DNA of 64,000 bases, taken from positions 47,436-111,435 of the forward strand of contig JAZKFB010000009.1 of assembly GCA_040386695.1 (NCBI GenBank), written 5' to 3'. Positions within the stretch are counted from its first letter, which is position 1. The number at the start of each line of letters is the position of its first letter. The notes under the pieces were generated by a model, which worked only from the letters and a program-made list of their open reading frames with translations, was not told where the DNA came from and did not search any database. Made by a program: the position numbers and the translations under genes. The DNA comes from Verrucomicrobiota bacterium (lineage in GTDB: Bacteria > Verrucomicrobiota > Verrucomicrobiia > Verrucomicrobiales > V1-33). Shown here piece after piece: positions 43,791 through 52,631 of this stretch.

Positions 43791-45080
43791 TCAAATCAGC
43801 GGTGTCACGCCCGGCTGGGGCATCGGCGTGGGTGTGAAGGATGAATCCCACTTCAGATCGTCCGGTGCAAGGTCGTCTTTGCTGTTGAGGACCTTGTCCC
43901 AGGTGACGCGCTTTCCGGTGTAGGCGGCCATGCGGCCCATGATGCCGAGCATGGTGCTGTGGCACATGAATTCGGTGTCGTTGATGGGTTTGCCGGCGCG
44001 GATGGACTGGAAAAGCTCCAGATGCTCCTGGCCGTACATGTCATTGTCCTCGCCGTCGAAACGCCATTTTTTCTCGCCGGTGATGACGGGGCGGGAGCCC
44101 TTGCCGATGATGCAGGTGCCTTTGGTGCCCTTGATGTAATCGGCGTTTTCGCCATCGCAGTTCACCTGCTGGCGGCTGGCCACGGTGGCGAAGACGCTGC
44201 CCGGGAATTCATAAATCACGCTGAAGTGGTCGTAAATATTCGCGCCCTCCATGGCGATCTGGCGGCCGCCGACGCCGATGCAGTTCAGGGGATCCTTGTC
44301 GCCAAAGGCCCAGCCGACTTTATCCACGCTGTGCACGGCCTGCTCGACGTAGGTGTCGCCGCTGAGCCAGGAGAAATTCATCCAGTTGCGCAGCTGCCAC
44401 TGCACATCGCTCCACTCGGCCTTGCGGGCGGAGGGCGGCTGCATGGGTTTCACCGGGCCGGTGTAATAAGTGGCGTAGTAGCTGACAATATCCCCGATGG
44501 CGCCGTTCTGAATCTGCTCGAAAGCCGCGCGGCGGGAGGCGCTGCGGCGCCAGCAGAATCCGGGCATGACGGCCAGACCCTTTTCCCGCGCTTTGATTCC
44601 GGCGGCCTGAATGCGCTGCACGCCGGGGATGTCCACGCCCATCGGCTTTTCGCAGAAAATGTGTTTTCCGGCCTCGACGGCGGCTTCAAAATGAATCGGA
44701 CGGAAGCCAGGAGGCGTGGAGAGAATGACCACGTCCACCCCGCTCTCCAGAACTTTGTGATAAGCGTCCATGCCGATGAACTGCCGGGAGGGATCGACCC
44801 GGGCGCGGTCACGGAACTGCTCCTCCAGGCTGCGCAGGGAGGTGTCGATGGATTCCTGAAAAACGTCCCCCACCGCGTGCAGCTCGATATTGCTGTCCGA
44901 CTTCATCGCGTCCTGCGCCGCTCCGGTGCCCCGGCCGCCGCAGCCGATGAGGCCGACTTTCAGGCGCTTGCTGTCCAGCTGGCCGAAAGTGACCGTCGGG
45001 AAAGCCAGTCCCGCCGCCACTCCGGCGGCCCCGGTTTTAAGAATGGTGCGGCGGGAAGTGGAATCGGAAAGGGAAGTCAT
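43791..45080 (-). CDS. Gfo/Idh/MocA-family oxidoreductase with twin-arginine signal
   Basis: SRRTILKTGAAGVAAGLAF (Tat-like), VGLIGCGGRG Rossmann motif, EKP motif (IFCEKPM). Confidence 0.85.
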   Translation of the reverse strand: MTSLSDSTSRRTILKTGAAGVAAGLAFPTVTFGQLDSKRLKVGLIGCGGRGTGAAQDAMKSDSNIELHAVGDVFQESIDTSLRSLEEQFRDRARVDPSRQFIGMDAYHKVLESGVDVVILSTPPGFRPIHFEAAVEAGKHIFCEKPMGVDIPGVQRIQAAGIKAREKGLAVMPGFCWRRSASRRAAFEQIQNGAIGDIVSYYATYYTGPVKPMQPPSARKAEWSDVQWQLRNWMNFSWLSGDTYVEQAVHSVDKVGWAFGDKDPLNCIGVGGRQIAMEGANIYDHFSVIYEFPGSVFATVASRQQVNCDGENADYIKGTKGTCIIGKGSRPVITGEKKWRFDGEDNDMYGQEHLELFQSIRAGKPINDTEFMCHSTMLGIMGRMAAYTGKRVTWDKVLNSKDDLAPDDLKWDSSFTPTPMPQPGVTPLI

Positions 45081-45241
45081 AGTGAGGGAGAGGCTGGGTG
45101 GTGGTGATGGGCACCGGTCCGCGCCGGGTGGACAGGCTGACCGATCATAATAAGAGTAGTAAACGTGACCGCCAATCTCCTTCTTGTTCCCTTTTCACGG
45201 CACTTTCCATACTTTCACGGGAGAAAACCCTTCCCTTTCCG

Positions 45242-46060
45242 TCACTTTACCGCCGGAAAATTTTCAGTGGCCGGCTTATCCTCTGTTACCGGCTTATCCT
45301 CAACGGCCGGCTGGCTCTCAGCGGCCGGGTTTTCCTCAGGGACCGCATTTTCTTCGGTCACCGGCTTATCCCCGGGGGCCGGATTTTCCTCAGCCGCTGG
45401 TTGATTCCCGGAGATCGGATTCTCCTCGGACCCCGCTTTATCCTCGGTCACTGGTTTCTGATCGGAGGGCGGTGAGGTTTCCCCAGGAACCGGAGAAACG
45501 GGCTGAGCGGCCTTTTTCGTGCTGTGATCCTTGATCACATCCTGGAAGTTCGGCCCCAGCTCATACCCCAGAATCTCGATTTTGCCGCTCTCAAAATCAT
45601 AAAACAGATTGAGAGTGATCACCATGTGTCTGCCCAGCATGTAGATGATCTGATGAGTGGGCCGGCGGCCGGCGAAGCTTGCTTCCGGATCCTCGATCAC
45701 CACCACACGGGGAGGGTTTCCTCCCGCCTTTTTCTTCAACTGCATGAAAGTCAGGGTCAGATCGGGATCAATATCCTCAATTTCCGGAGCCATCCCATTG
45801 GCCCATATTTCAGCGGCAATCGCTTTGAGTCCGTTGTTGATGTTTTCAGTGATCCGGATGGTCTGCTTCATTCCTTTGACATAAAACCACAGACCCCCTC
45901 CTAAAATGCCGCCGATCACCAGCAGGCCCAGCAGCGACCGGAGCAGTTTGGCGAGGGAAGGCGGATCATCAACCACCACCGCCGGAGTGACGGACGGGGA
46001 CTGACGGCGGCGGCGGAGGGACCGGGATTTAAGAGGACGGCGGGGCGGAGGAAGGCTCAT
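45242..46060 (-). CDS. membrane-anchored protein, function unknown, acidic Pro/Glu repeat tail
   Basis: ATG 46060 (MSLPPPRRPLKSRSLRRRR...), TM LLGLLVIGGILGGGLWFYV, globular middle. C-terminal imperfect repeats EENPxxG(D/N)(K/Q)P / KPVTE(D/E). The track start at 46081 is a GTG. Confidence 0.6.
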   Translation of the reverse strand: MSLPPPRRPLKSRSLRRRRQSPSVTPAVVVDDPPSLAKLLRSLLGLLVIGGILGGGLWFYVKGMKQTIRITENINNGLKAIAAEIWANGMAPEIEDIDPDLTLTFMQLKKKAGGNPPRVVVIEDPEASFAGRRPTHQIIYMLGRHMVITLNLFYDFESGKIEILGYELGPNFQDVIKDHSTKKAAQPVSPVPGETSPPSDQKPVTEDKAGSEENPISGNQPAAEENPAPGDKPVTEENAVPEENPAAESQPAVEDKPVTEDKPATENFPAVK

Positions 46061-46162
46061 GGCGGAAAAGGGAACGCACACTCAGATGTACGCCACCCGG
46101 CAAGGGTTCGCAAGATTTGTGAAATTCTTCCGGAAGGGTGTCCCTGGCGGACCCGCGGAGGA

Positions 46163-46828
46163 ATGGAAAAGGAAACAGAATTGGAAAATAACGAACAGGA
46201 GCCGGGGCTCCGGAATCTGAAACGCCGCCGCCATCCATTCCAGACTGGAAAACCAGGGCTGGCCCTGCATGGATTCGCGTCCCCGCGTCAGCTTTGTCCC
46301 TCCCCCCCTCCGCCTTTGAAAGCCCCCGAAAAAGAACTCCGCTTCACCCGCTCCCGCCAGGCTGTGCCCTTCTGGCTGTTGAGTGTGGTCCTCATTTTCG
46401 CCGCCGTCGGGCTGGCGGCCATGTGGCGGGAAAATCTCACCCTGTGGCCGCCGTGGTGGCTGGCGCTGATTCCGCTCGCGGGAGCCGCCGGGGCCATCTG
46501 GATGGCACTGCGCCTGACCCGTCACGCTTACCTGCTGCTGTCGCCTGTGGGAGTGGAGATTTTCCCGTTTTTCAAACCCTCTGAAAATTACCAGCTCGTC
46601 ACCTGGGGCAGCATCGCCGGCGCCGAGGTTTCCAGCGACGACCGCTGGCTGACTCTGATCCTGGCGGGTTATGAGGACGCCAAAATCATCCTCACCCTGG
46701 ATCCCATTGACCTCCGGGCCCGCGCCCTGCTCGTCCGCGCCGTCACCGGCATCATGGAGAAACGCGACGCCCAATCAGCGGGAGGCGGCCTGGACGGCGG
46801 GAAGGCGGCGGATCCGGACCGCGGCTGA
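46163..46828 (+). CDS. two-TM membrane protein with possible bacterial PH-like (YdbS/T-type) domain, function unknown
   Basis: 221 aa. TMs VPFWLLSVVLIFAAVGLAAMW and WWLALIPLAGAAGAIWMAL, followed by a beta-rich about 80-aa domain. The PH-like call is tentative. Confidence 0.5.
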   Translation: MEKETELENNEQEPGLRNLKRRRHPFQTGKPGLALHGFASPRQLCPSPPPPLKAPEKELRFTRSRQAVPFWLLSVVLIFAAVGLAAMWRENLTLWPPWWLALIPLAGAAGAIWMALRLTRHAYLLLSPVGVEIFPFFKPSENYQLVTWGSIAGAEVSSDDRWLTLILAGYEDAKIILTLDPIDLRARALLVRAVTGIMEKRDAQSAGGGLDGGKAADPDRG

Positions 46829-46843
46829 TCCGGTTCCGTTTTT

Positions 46844-47128
46844 ATGTTTAAACTCATTGAACCCCGGTCCCCTTTTTCCGAAAAGAGCGCCGCGCAGAAA
46901 TTTTCCGAAATGGTTGCCGTCGGTCTGTTTTTATACACGCTGACGTACTTTATCGTGATCAAAAGAGCCCCGGGTGAGATAAGATCTTTCGGTGGCTGCG
47001 CGGATCCCGCCGTGCGCCTTCTGCCGTATCCGGACAACATCCGGTCCAAGACCCTGATTCTTTACCGCCCGCTTATTTTTTCTGGACCGGAAAATCAGGC
47101 CGGAATACTGGAAGTGGGATGGCCATGA
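46844..47128 (+). CDS. hypothetical small membrane protein (weak call)
   Basis: 94-aa ORF in a low-GC patch with one hydrophobic segment (MVAVGLFLYTLTYFIVI). It starts right after a weak hairpin plus T5 at 46814-46843. No homology recognised. Confidence 0.3.
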   Translation: MFKLIEPRSPFSEKSAAQKFSEMVAVGLFLYTLTYFIVIKRAPGEIRSFGGCADPAVRLLPYPDNIRSKTLILYRPLIFSGPENQAGILEVGWP

Positions 47129-47259
47129 GAAAAGGCCGGAATGGATGAACCACTGGGATGGCCGGGAGGAACTGCCGGAGTGGATGAAATTCTGAGGTCC
47201 GTTCGATCTTTTCTCCCTGAATCCCGGGCATTTTTCCTGGCCAAAAACCGGAATGACCG

Positions 47260-48342
47260 TCAAATCCCCAGATCCTTCATGAAACCCGCGTACATCTGGA
47301 CATAGCCGCTGGCCAGTTTGAAGATCTGGATGACCGTGAAAAGCATCACCAGGCCGTAAAACGCGCCGGACAGCCAGCGGGAGGCGGATTCCAGGCGCAG
47401 GCCGGACTCGCTCATCCAGTGACGGGACTGCTGGAGGGTTTCGGTGTCCAGGGTGCCGGTGAATTCCGCCGCCGCCAGGGCGCTGGACAGTTCCTTGGGA
47501 AAAGCGGGCTGCGCGGCCATGGCCGGGCCCATCTCGCCGCCGGCCTCAATGGCGTCCGCCGCCCGGCCGCTGGCGAGGTGCAGGCCCGCGCTTTCCGTGG
47601 CCGCGCCCGCCCGGCGCAGCCCGTCGGAAAGCCGCTGGCTGCTGACCACCTGGAAATAAACCACCGCGCTCCACCGCGCCAGCGCCAGCGCCTCCCGCGC
47701 CCGGCCGGCCATGGGCAGACGGCGCAGGAAAGTGTCCACCGGCAGGGAAACCGCGCTCTTTTTGAGCAAAAACCGCCACACCGTCACCCCCAGCGCCAGC
47801 ACGCCCCACAGCATCAGCAGATGGGACCCCACCGCCAGCACGATGCCCGGGGCCTTTTTCTGCGCCAGCACCGCCGTCACCAGCGCGGGCAGCACCACGG
47901 CGGCATGCAGCATCACCACCGGATACACCGCCGCCATGCGCATGCGGATGAAAGTCTGGGCCAGAAGATGATAATATTCCTCAAGATGTTTGAAGCCGTT
48001 GACCAGCTTCCCCCCGCGCTCGGCGGCGTCCACAATGCTGAACTCCATTTTATTCAGGCTGGGAGCGAGCGCGCCGCTGATGGTCTCCCCCTCCCGCAGG
48101 CCCTGTCCGAGGGAGTTCACCGCCGACTTCACGGAATGGTCGCGCCAGCTCTGATCCAGCACCACCGCCGCCCGCGACACGGAAATCCCGGCTCCCGTCA
48201 GTCTCGCCAGTTCGTGGAAAAACTGCGACCGCCTCTCCGCCCTGTTGCTGAAAATCATGCCGGCAGCATACGGGACGTTCGCCAGGATTCGAAGCAAAGT
48301 TCCGGCACCTGTGTAAAATTTCATATTCCTGACGGAGGTCAT
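47260..48342 (-). CDS. GspF/PilC-family platform protein (type II secretion / type IV pilus system F), orphan
   Basis: Two T2SSF-like halves: FFHELARLTGAGISVSRAAVVL...ALAPSL..MEFSIVDAAERGGKL, and a second ..ALARWSAVVYFQVVSSQRLSDGLRRAG...LSSALAAAEFTGTLD. Three TM regions. Start taken at ATG 48342 (alternatives 48324, 48258). Confidence 0.7.
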   Translation of the reverse strand: MTSVRNMKFYTGAGTLLRILANVPYAAGMIFSNRAERRSQFFHELARLTGAGISVSRAAVVLDQSWRDHSVKSAVNSLGQGLREGETISGALAPSLNKMEFSIVDAAERGGKLVNGFKHLEEYYHLLAQTFIRMRMAAVYPVVMLHAAVVLPALVTAVLAQKKAPGIVLAVGSHLLMLWGVLALGVTVWRFLLKKSAVSLPVDTFLRRLPMAGRAREALALARWSAVVYFQVVSSQRLSDGLRRAGAATESAGLHLASGRAADAIEAGGEMGPAMAAQPAFPKELSSALAAAEFTGTLDTETLQQSRHWMSESGLRLESASRWLSGAFYGLVMLFTVIQIFKLASGYVQMYAGFMKDLGI

Positions 48343-48476
48343 GGCGGGGAGGAGGCTGCGGACTCCGACCCGGCAGCCCCGCCGGTGTTCAAAACCGCCT
48401 CCCTTTCCTTCCGCAAAAGTCCCAAATTTTTTAAAAACCGTAATGTGAACTGGACCGTTATACTTCCCAAGGCATT

Positions 48477-49367
48477 GTGCCGGAATCCCTTGCCGCATCC
48501 GCCGTGTCTCCCGGAAACCCCATCCCCCCCTCTCCACCCCCTGAATCCATTCCGCCGCCATGCACTGGATTCGGATGCACGGAAAATGGCCCCACTGTGC
48601 TGCTGCTGGTGGAGGACAATGCCATCAATGCCCGCGTCTCACAGCTGTTTCTGGATAAATCCGGCTTCCGCGCCGACCACGTGACCAACGGCGCGGAGGC
48701 GGTGGAGAAGTTCCGCCGCGGCCATTATCCCGGGGTGCTCATGGACTGCCATATGCCGGTGATGGACGGCTACGAGGCTTCCCGCGCCATCCGCGCGATG
48801 GAGGCTTCCCCGGGCTGGGACCGGCCGCGCTGCCGCATCATCGCCATGACCGCCAATGTCCTGAGCGGGGAACGCCAGCGCTGCCTGGACGCCGGAATGG
48901 ATGATTACGTTCCCAAACCGATCAAGCAGGCGGAGCTGGCGGCGGCATTATCCATGCTTTTTCCGGCCGGGGCCGCCGAGCCGGCCTCCGTGACGGAGGT
49001 GGATGAAAGCCTTCATGCCGCGCTGCGGCAGCTGGCGGACGAGCTTGGCGAGGAGAATGTGGTGGATTTGCTGTCGGAGTGGATGGCGGATTTTCCCAAC
49101 GCCTTCGCGGATCTCACGCGGCTGGCGGGCGGACCGGAGCAGCCCGAGATGCGCCGCGCGGCCCATTCACTGAAAGGCAGCAGCTCGCTCTTCGGCCTGA
49201 AGGATATGGAGGATCTCCTGAACCGCCTGGAACAGCTGGCCGCGCAGGACGAAAAGCCGGAGCAGGAGGGCATGGTGCGGGAGCTCGACACCGAATGGCG
49301 GCGGGTGAAGCCGCTGCTGGAGGCGGAGATGGCGGCTTTGAGGCTTCAGGCGGAGAACGGCGTATGA
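48477..49367 (+). CDS. response-regulator receiver + Hpt phosphotransfer protein
   Basis: GTG start. REC: VLLLVEDNAINARV...VLMDCHMPVMDG...IIAMTAN...YVPKPI. Hpt: RRAAHSLKGSSSLFG. The stop overlaps the next gene (ATGA 49364-49367). Confidence 0.85.
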   Translation: MPESLAASAVSPGNPIPPSPPPESIPPPCTGFGCTENGPTVLLLVEDNAINARVSQLFLDKSGFRADHVTNGAEAVEKFRRGHYPGVLMDCHMPVMDGYEASRAIRAMEASPGWDRPRCRIIAMTANVLSGERQRCLDAGMDDYVPKPIKQAELAAALSMLFPAGAAEPASVTEVDESLHAALRQLADELGEENVVDLLSEWMADFPNAFADLTRLAGGPEQPEMRRAAHSLKGSSSLFGLKDMEDLLNRLEQLAAQDEKPEQEGMVRELDTEWRRVKPLLEAEMAALRLQAENGV

Positions 49368-50596
49368 GAATTCTTTTTGTCCACGAAAGATTCGGCGCCC
49401 TTGGCGGCGCGGAGGCCAATATCATCACCGTGGCCCGGGCTCTCGCGGCGCGCGGTCACACCTTGGGCATTCTGCACGGATCCGACACCGGACGCGGCGG
49501 AGCGGACTGGCGGACGGTTTTTCCGGACCGCTTTCCGCTTCCGGAATCCCCCGGGGAAACGGCGGAGGCCACGCGCCGGGCGTTGAACGATTTCGCGCCG
49601 GACGCCGTTTATGTTCACAAAACAGCGGATTCCGCCGTGATCCTTGCCCTGACAGAAAGCGGTTTGCCTCTGGCAAGGATGGTGCATGATCACGATATTT
49701 ACTGCATGCGCAGCTATAAATACAACTACTTCACCCGCCGCATCTGCACGCGGCCGGCGACGTTGTACTGCGTTTACGGCTGTCTGGCGTGTGTGGCCAA
49801 AGAAACCGGCCCGGACGGAAAAAGACATCTGCGCTGGGTGAGCTACCGCGCCAAAAAGCGGGAAATCCGCCTCAACCGACGGATTCAGCGGATGCTGGTG
49901 GCCTCCGAATACATGCGCCAGGAGCTGCTCCGGAACGGATTTGATCCGCGCCGCATTGAAATCCACGCCCCCATCCCGCGCTCCGCCGAAAGCAGCCTGC
50001 GGAGCAGTTTTTCGGACCGGAATCTGATTCTGTTCGCGGGCCAGATCATCCGGGGAAAAGGGGTCGATCTGCTGCTGCGGGCACTGGCGGAAATGCGGGA
50101 GCCCTTTGAATGCGTGATTCTGGGGGATGGGAATCACCGGGCGGAATGCGAGGAGCTGAGCCGTGCCCTGGGGCTGTCGGACCGGGTGGCGTTCAAGGGG
50201 TTTGTCCCGCAGGAGGAGCTGCGGAACTTTTACGGCAACTGCTCGGCGGTGGCTTTCAGCAGCGTGTGGCCGGAGCCGTTCGGCGCGGTGGGGCCGGAGG
50301 TGATGCGCTACGCGCTGCCGGTGGTGGCTTTTGACGCCGGCGGGGTCAGCGAATGGCTGATCGACGGGCAGAACGGCTATCTGGTGCCGTGGGGCGATGT
50401 CCCGGCTTTCGCGGCGCGGCTGGACGGGCTGATGCGCGACAAGGCCAAGGCGCGGGAGCTGGGGGAGAACGGCTTCCGGTTTGTCACCGGACGCTTCGAC
50501 TTCGACCGTTACATCAGCGGGCTGGAATCCCTTTTCACCCGCCTCGCCGCCGAAGTGGCGGACTCCCCACCCTCAACCCCCGTTCCGGTCCCCTGA
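49364..50596 (+). CDS. glycosyltransferase family 4 (GT-B, Glycos_transf_1)
   Basis: MRILFVHERFGALGGAE... N-terminus. C-terminal EPFGAVGPEVMRYALPVVAFDAGGVSEWLIDGQNGYLV (E-x7-E motif). Confidence 0.88.
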   Translation: MRILFVHERFGALGGAEANIITVARALAARGHTLGILHGSDTGRGGADWRTVFPDRFPLPESPGETAEATRRALNDFAPDAVYVHKTADSAVILALTESGLPLARMVHDHDIYCMRSYKYNYFTRRICTRPATLYCVYGCLACVAKETGPDGKRHLRWVSYRAKKREIRLNRRIQRMLVASEYMRQELLRNGFDPRRIEIHAPIPRSAESSLRSSFSDRNLILFAGQIIRGKGVDLLLRALAEMREPFECVILGDGNHRAECEELSRALGLSDRVAFKGFVPQEELRNFYGNCSAVAFSSVWPEPFGAVGPEVMRYALPVVAFDAGGVSEWLIDGQNGYLVPWGDVPAFAARLDGLMRDKAKARELGENGFRFVTGRFDFDRYISGLESLFTRLAAEVADSPPSTPVPVP

Positions 50597-51354
50597 TGCT
50601 GAGCGATGCGGAATTATCCAACCGGATGGCGGGCCGGATCGCCGGGGCCGGGCATCCGTGGGGACGGCTGCGCCTGCGCGCCTACATGGCCTGGAAGCGG
50701 ATGGCGTGGCAGCTCACCGTCGGTTCCTCGCGGCTGCTGAAGCGGCTGCTGGATGTGTCGGTGGCGGGCATCATGCTGCTGGCGCTCTCCCCGCTGCTGC
50801 TGCTGACCGCCTGGATGGTCCGGCGCGACGGCGGGCCGGTGTTTTTCAAACAGGTGCGCGTGGGCCACGGCGGCCGGGAATTCGGCATGCTGAAATTCCG
50901 GAGCATGGTGGTGAACGCGGAGGCGGCGCTGAAGGACCTGCTGGCCCGGAACGAGAAGCAGGATGGCGTGACCTTCAAAATGAAGGACGATCCGCGCATC
51001 ACCAAAGTCGGGAAAATCATCCGCCGCACCTCCGTGGATGAGCTGCCGCAGCTGATCAATGTCCTGCGCGGGGAAATGTCCCTCGTCGGCCCGCGGCCGC
51101 CGCTGCCCCGGGAAGTGGCGCTGTATTCCCAGGAGGACCGCCGGCGGCTGCTGGCGACGCCGGGTCTGACGTGCCTCTGGCAGGTCGGCGAGCGGTCCGG
51201 AAAGCTTTTTGAGATCGGCGACCGCAATCAGATTGAATTTCCGGAGCAGGTGGCGCTGGATGTGCGTTACATTGAAAGCCAGTCCGTGATGAAAGATCTG
51301 GTGATTCTCCTGAAAACGGTGCCGGCGGTGCTGCTGGGGAAGGGGGGCGCATGA
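50596..51354 (+). CDS. undecaprenyl-phosphate sugar-phosphate transferase (Bac_transf/WbaP-EpsL type), initiating enzyme
   Basis: TM then GGPVFFKQVRVGHGGREFGMLKFRSM..DPRITKVGKIIRRTSVDELPQLINVLRGEMSLVGPRPPLPRE..TPGLTCLWQV. ATG 50596 shares 1 nt with the previous TGA. Confidence 0.9.
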   Translation: MLSDAELSNRMAGRIAGAGHPWGRLRLRAYMAWKRMAWQLTVGSSRLLKRLLDVSVAGIMLLALSPLLLLTAWMVRRDGGPVFFKQVRVGHGGREFGMLKFRSMVVNAEAALKDLLARNEKQDGVTFKMKDDPRITKVGKIIRRTSVDELPQLINVLRGEMSLVGPRPPLPREVALYSQEDRRRLLATPGLTCLWQVGERSGKLFEIGDRNQIEFPEQVALDVRYIESQSVMKDLVILLKTVPAVLLGKGGA

Positions 51355-52616
51355 CGGTGCCGGCGGCGGAGCGCGTGATCCTCATCTGCCCGGACATCCG
51401 TGCCGGGCTGGAGCTGCTGGCGGCCGGCGGTCCGACGGCGCTGGCGGCGTTTCTGGGCAAGCCGCTGCTGGACCATGCGCTGGACGGGCTGGCCCGGCGG
51501 GGGGTCCGGGAGGTGCTGCTGCTGGTCAGCGCGGGACCGGAGGAAATCCGCCAGTTCGTGGAGGGCGGGCACGCCTGGGGCCTTTCCCTGCGGGTGGCCA
51601 CGGAGAGCGCCGAACTTTCCCCGGCAGCGGCGGCGGCGAAACACGCCGGTTTTCAGGCTCAGGAGATTCTGACCCTGGACACATTGCCCCAGGCCCCTGA
51701 AGTCCCGCTGCTGTCGGGACCGGAGGCCTGGCACAAAGCCCGGGCGCTGCTGCTGCCCATTCTCGCGCCCACGATGATCGGCACCCGGGAAGTCAGTCCG
51801 GGAATCTGGGTCGGTTTGAGAGCTCAGGTGGACCCCACCGCCGTGCTGACCGCGCCCTGCTGGATCGGCCCCGCCGCCCGGGTCAGCCGCCGGGCGAAAG
51901 TGCGGGGATTTGTGGAGGAGGGCTCCATCGTGGACCACGACGCCGTGGTGGAGGACAGCACCCTGGGACCGGGCACCTGCCTGGGGGCCATGACCCTGCT
52001 GCGGAATTCCCTGGCCATGGGCAGCCATCTGCTGAACTGGCGCACGGGTTCCGCCACGCATCTGACGGATGCTTTTCTGCTCGCGCCGCTGGCGGCCGCC
52101 GCTCCCGCTCCGGCTTCCCCGCCCGCCCGGGCGGCGGCGCTGGCGGTGCTGCTGCTCACATGGCCGGTGCTGATCCTGGCCGCCGTGAAAGGCGGACCGC
52201 TTTTCAGGACCGCCCTCGCCGCCCGCGGCCGCCGGCTGCACGGTCCGCCGGGGAATCCGGTGAGATACGGTGAAATCGCCGCTTTCACCAGCCTGTGGCG
52301 CCGGTGGCCGATGCTCTGGAATATTGTGACCGGGGACTTCGCCTGGACCGGGAATCCGCCGCTGACGCCGGAGGAGGCCGCCGGGCTCAGCGGGGAGTTC
52401 GAGCTCCGCTGGCTGACCGCGCCCACGGGAATTTTCACGGCCCCGGAGACGGAAGGCAGCCTGCCGCCCTGGGATGACACCGCCAAAGCCCACGCCGCTC
52501 TTTTCGCCGGACGCGCCGATGCCGCGTGGCGGCGGCGGATTCTGCTTCATGGCCTGCAGTCCCTGCTGCGCCGTCCGGCTTCCCCCGGCCCGGAAACCGC
52601 CTCCGCCTCTCTTTGA
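51351..52616 (+). CDS. fusion protein: nucleotidyltransferase-like N-domain + beta-helix-like middle + divergent Bac_transf-like C-domain
   Basis: N-terminus VILICPD..LAAFLGKPLLDHALDGLARRGVREVLLLVS has the NTP_transferase fold pattern but no GxGTR. C-terminus ..GPLFRT..RWPMLWNIVTGDFAWTGNPPLTPEE parallels the neighbouring enzyme's DELPQLINVLRGEMSLVGPRPPLPRE. Confidence 0.65.
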   Translation: MTVPAAERVILICPDIRAGLELLAAGGPTALAAFLGKPLLDHALDGLARRGVREVLLLVSAGPEEIRQFVEGGHAWGLSLRVATESAELSPAAAAAKHAGFQAQEILTLDTLPQAPEVPLLSGPEAWHKARALLLPILAPTMIGTREVSPGIWVGLRAQVDPTAVLTAPCWIGPAARVSRRAKVRGFVEEGSIVDHDAVVEDSTLGPGTCLGAMTLLRNSLAMGSHLLNWRTGSATHLTDAFLLAPLAAAAPAPASPPARAAALAVLLLTWPVLILAAVKGGPLFRTALAARGRRLHGPPGNPVRYGEIAAFTSLWRRWPMLWNIVTGDFAWTGNPPLTPEEAAGLSGEFELRWLTAPTGIFTAPETEGSLPPWDDTAKAHAALFAGRADAAWRRRILLHGLQSLLRRPASPGPETASASL

Positions 52617-52631
52617 TTTTTTATCACCCCG

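Noticed and set aside
42013-43923. 636-aa plus-strand ORF; similar shadows at 53207..54760(-), 57569..59254(-), 12066..13418(+), 10246..11766(-), 15059..16519(-) and 60014..61234(-)
   Set aside because: Each is antisense to a gene with strong family motifs and has Arg/Gly/His/Pro-rich composition without recognisable domains.
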